DNA of 64,000 nt from Isurus oxyrinchus (taxonomy: Eukaryota). Position numbers and translations under genes: made by a program. The stretch covers positions 372,001-436,000 of the forward strand of contig JANJGN010000102.1 in assembly GCA_026770705.1 (NCBI GenBank), read 5' to 3'. Below the pieces are notes generated by a model that did no database searches, was not told the DNA's origin, and was given only the letters and a program-made list of their open reading frames with translations. The first letter of the stretch is position 1, and every line of letters begins with the position of its first letter. Below, in pieces: positions 62,702 to 64,000 of this stretch.

Positions 62702-63941
62702 GTATAGCTCAGTATAGTTTTCTTATTTGTAAATAAATCTACCCATTAGTTTTAGCCTGAACGGAATGATTTACTTATAGTATCTACAATGTTTAAAGTC
62801 AGGAGGAGGATTATTTTGGAACTAAAGGGTGATTGTTAATGTACGAGCTTTCAGGGTGTGAGCAAAGGCGTAGGCTTTGACTCACAGGGCGCTTAAACTT
62901 CATTTAAATAAAATGTCATTCTGTCTCACAAGAGGCTCTTCAGTGCCTTTGGTCTACAAAGGGAGGATGGCGATTCCTGCCTATTTCAATTCTGCAATTA
63001 ACGGGTGTTTGCTTAGGCAAGGGTAGGTGTACAGGTCAGCCATGAGCTAACTGAACGGCAGGTGGAACAGGCTCAAGACACAGAATGGCCTGTTCCTGTG
63101 CTCTGATCAACATTCAGTTACACAACATTGAGCTTGGCAATGGGCCCTCCGCTGTTGAAAACCTTGCTGATGTTCACATGAGGAGGAGGAGTGGGCCAGA
63201 GGGCAACCAGCACCCATGGAGCGTAAGCCCTATTGACTTCAGGGAGAGAGGTGAGAAGACTTGGCAGAATCTGTTACATTAGCCAGCGTCCATGTTGATC
63301 TGACTTGTTAACACAGATCTGTAATAAAAATGCAGCAAAGTCTTTGTGAAGTTCTGGGGAAGAAACAGAGGAAGCATTCAAAAGCAAAACTGCATGTATT
63401 GTTAAAACATGGATTCATTTCTTTTCATTTCCTTCTAGACTCCTTCTAGACTCCTTCTAGTGGTACATGTTTGTATGGTAGCCTTGAGCAGACAAAATGC
63501 ACATTGCAATTTTCAATACACTGCGGTCATGTATATCCAAAGCCACTGATTAATGAGTGGTGTCTATTAACAGTGCATAGCACCAGAGAGTGCTGGGGCT
63601 TTAGCCTGCATATGCACAAGAGCCTCTTGTGAGACAGAATGACATTTTATTTAATGAAGTTGTTCCTCTCATTGGCAAGCTTAGTTGCATCCCTGGGGCA
63701 GCAATGTGCAGGGACGGGTGCAGCAGAAACGTCACTTGATTGGTTTCTGGCACTTTGTAGAAGCAAGATGCCAGGGATGTAGATGCCCGCCTGACAGCAG
63801 CCATGCCTGCCCACCCGCCCTCCCGTCTGTGTTGTGGCCCATAATCTCAAGGTGCCCAAGGGCCTGGGGAAAGAAACAAAGTTGTTCATACTAACCCGGC
63901 GCTGTGATATCTTCCGACCCTAATTCTACTTCGTTCCCCAG

Positions 63942-64000
63942 CTCCTAAGATGAAAAGCTGGCCGACTTACGGATACGTGACCGGGATAGTATTCATGATA
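63942..64000 (+). CDS. Start of WB connecting peptide/TM exon, APKMKSWPTYGYVTGIVFMI (cut by window edge)
   Basis: ccctaat branch plus pyrimidine tract plus cag|, phase 1; VTGIVF resembles IVGILF of the minus-strand WB TM. Confidence 0.65.

Overview
Repeat-rich vertebrate DNA, almost certainly a cartilaginous fish (shark-type CR1 LINEs, Penelope elements with hammerhead tails, a DeuSINE-derived minisatellite, a 69-bp satellite). Small exons hidden among the repeats, mostly missed by the ORF track, form an MHC W-category locus: class II-type domain architecture with class I/beta2-microglobulin interface residues. On the + strand is an apparently intact alpha chain (WA): leader 16538-16622, alpha1 22652-22900, alpha2 24349-24627 carrying the b2m-type FxxxW motif, TM 29231-29355, probable tail 34755-34884. 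About 30 kb downstream is a beta-chain (WB) module with no recognisable leader of its own: beta1 59126-59383, a broken beta2 at 62623, and a TM exon from 63942 running off the window. The WA leader splices in frame to either alpha1 or beta1. On the - strand is an inverted, decayed paralogous copy: WA-tail remnant, frameshifted beta2, TM and three cytoplasmic exons. Between WA and WB lies a candidate small type III transmembrane adaptor gene (LST1/TRAT1/SIT1-like) with an ITIM. All gene models were assembled by eye from splice signals and reading phase and need transcript confirmation; repeat boundaries are approximate.
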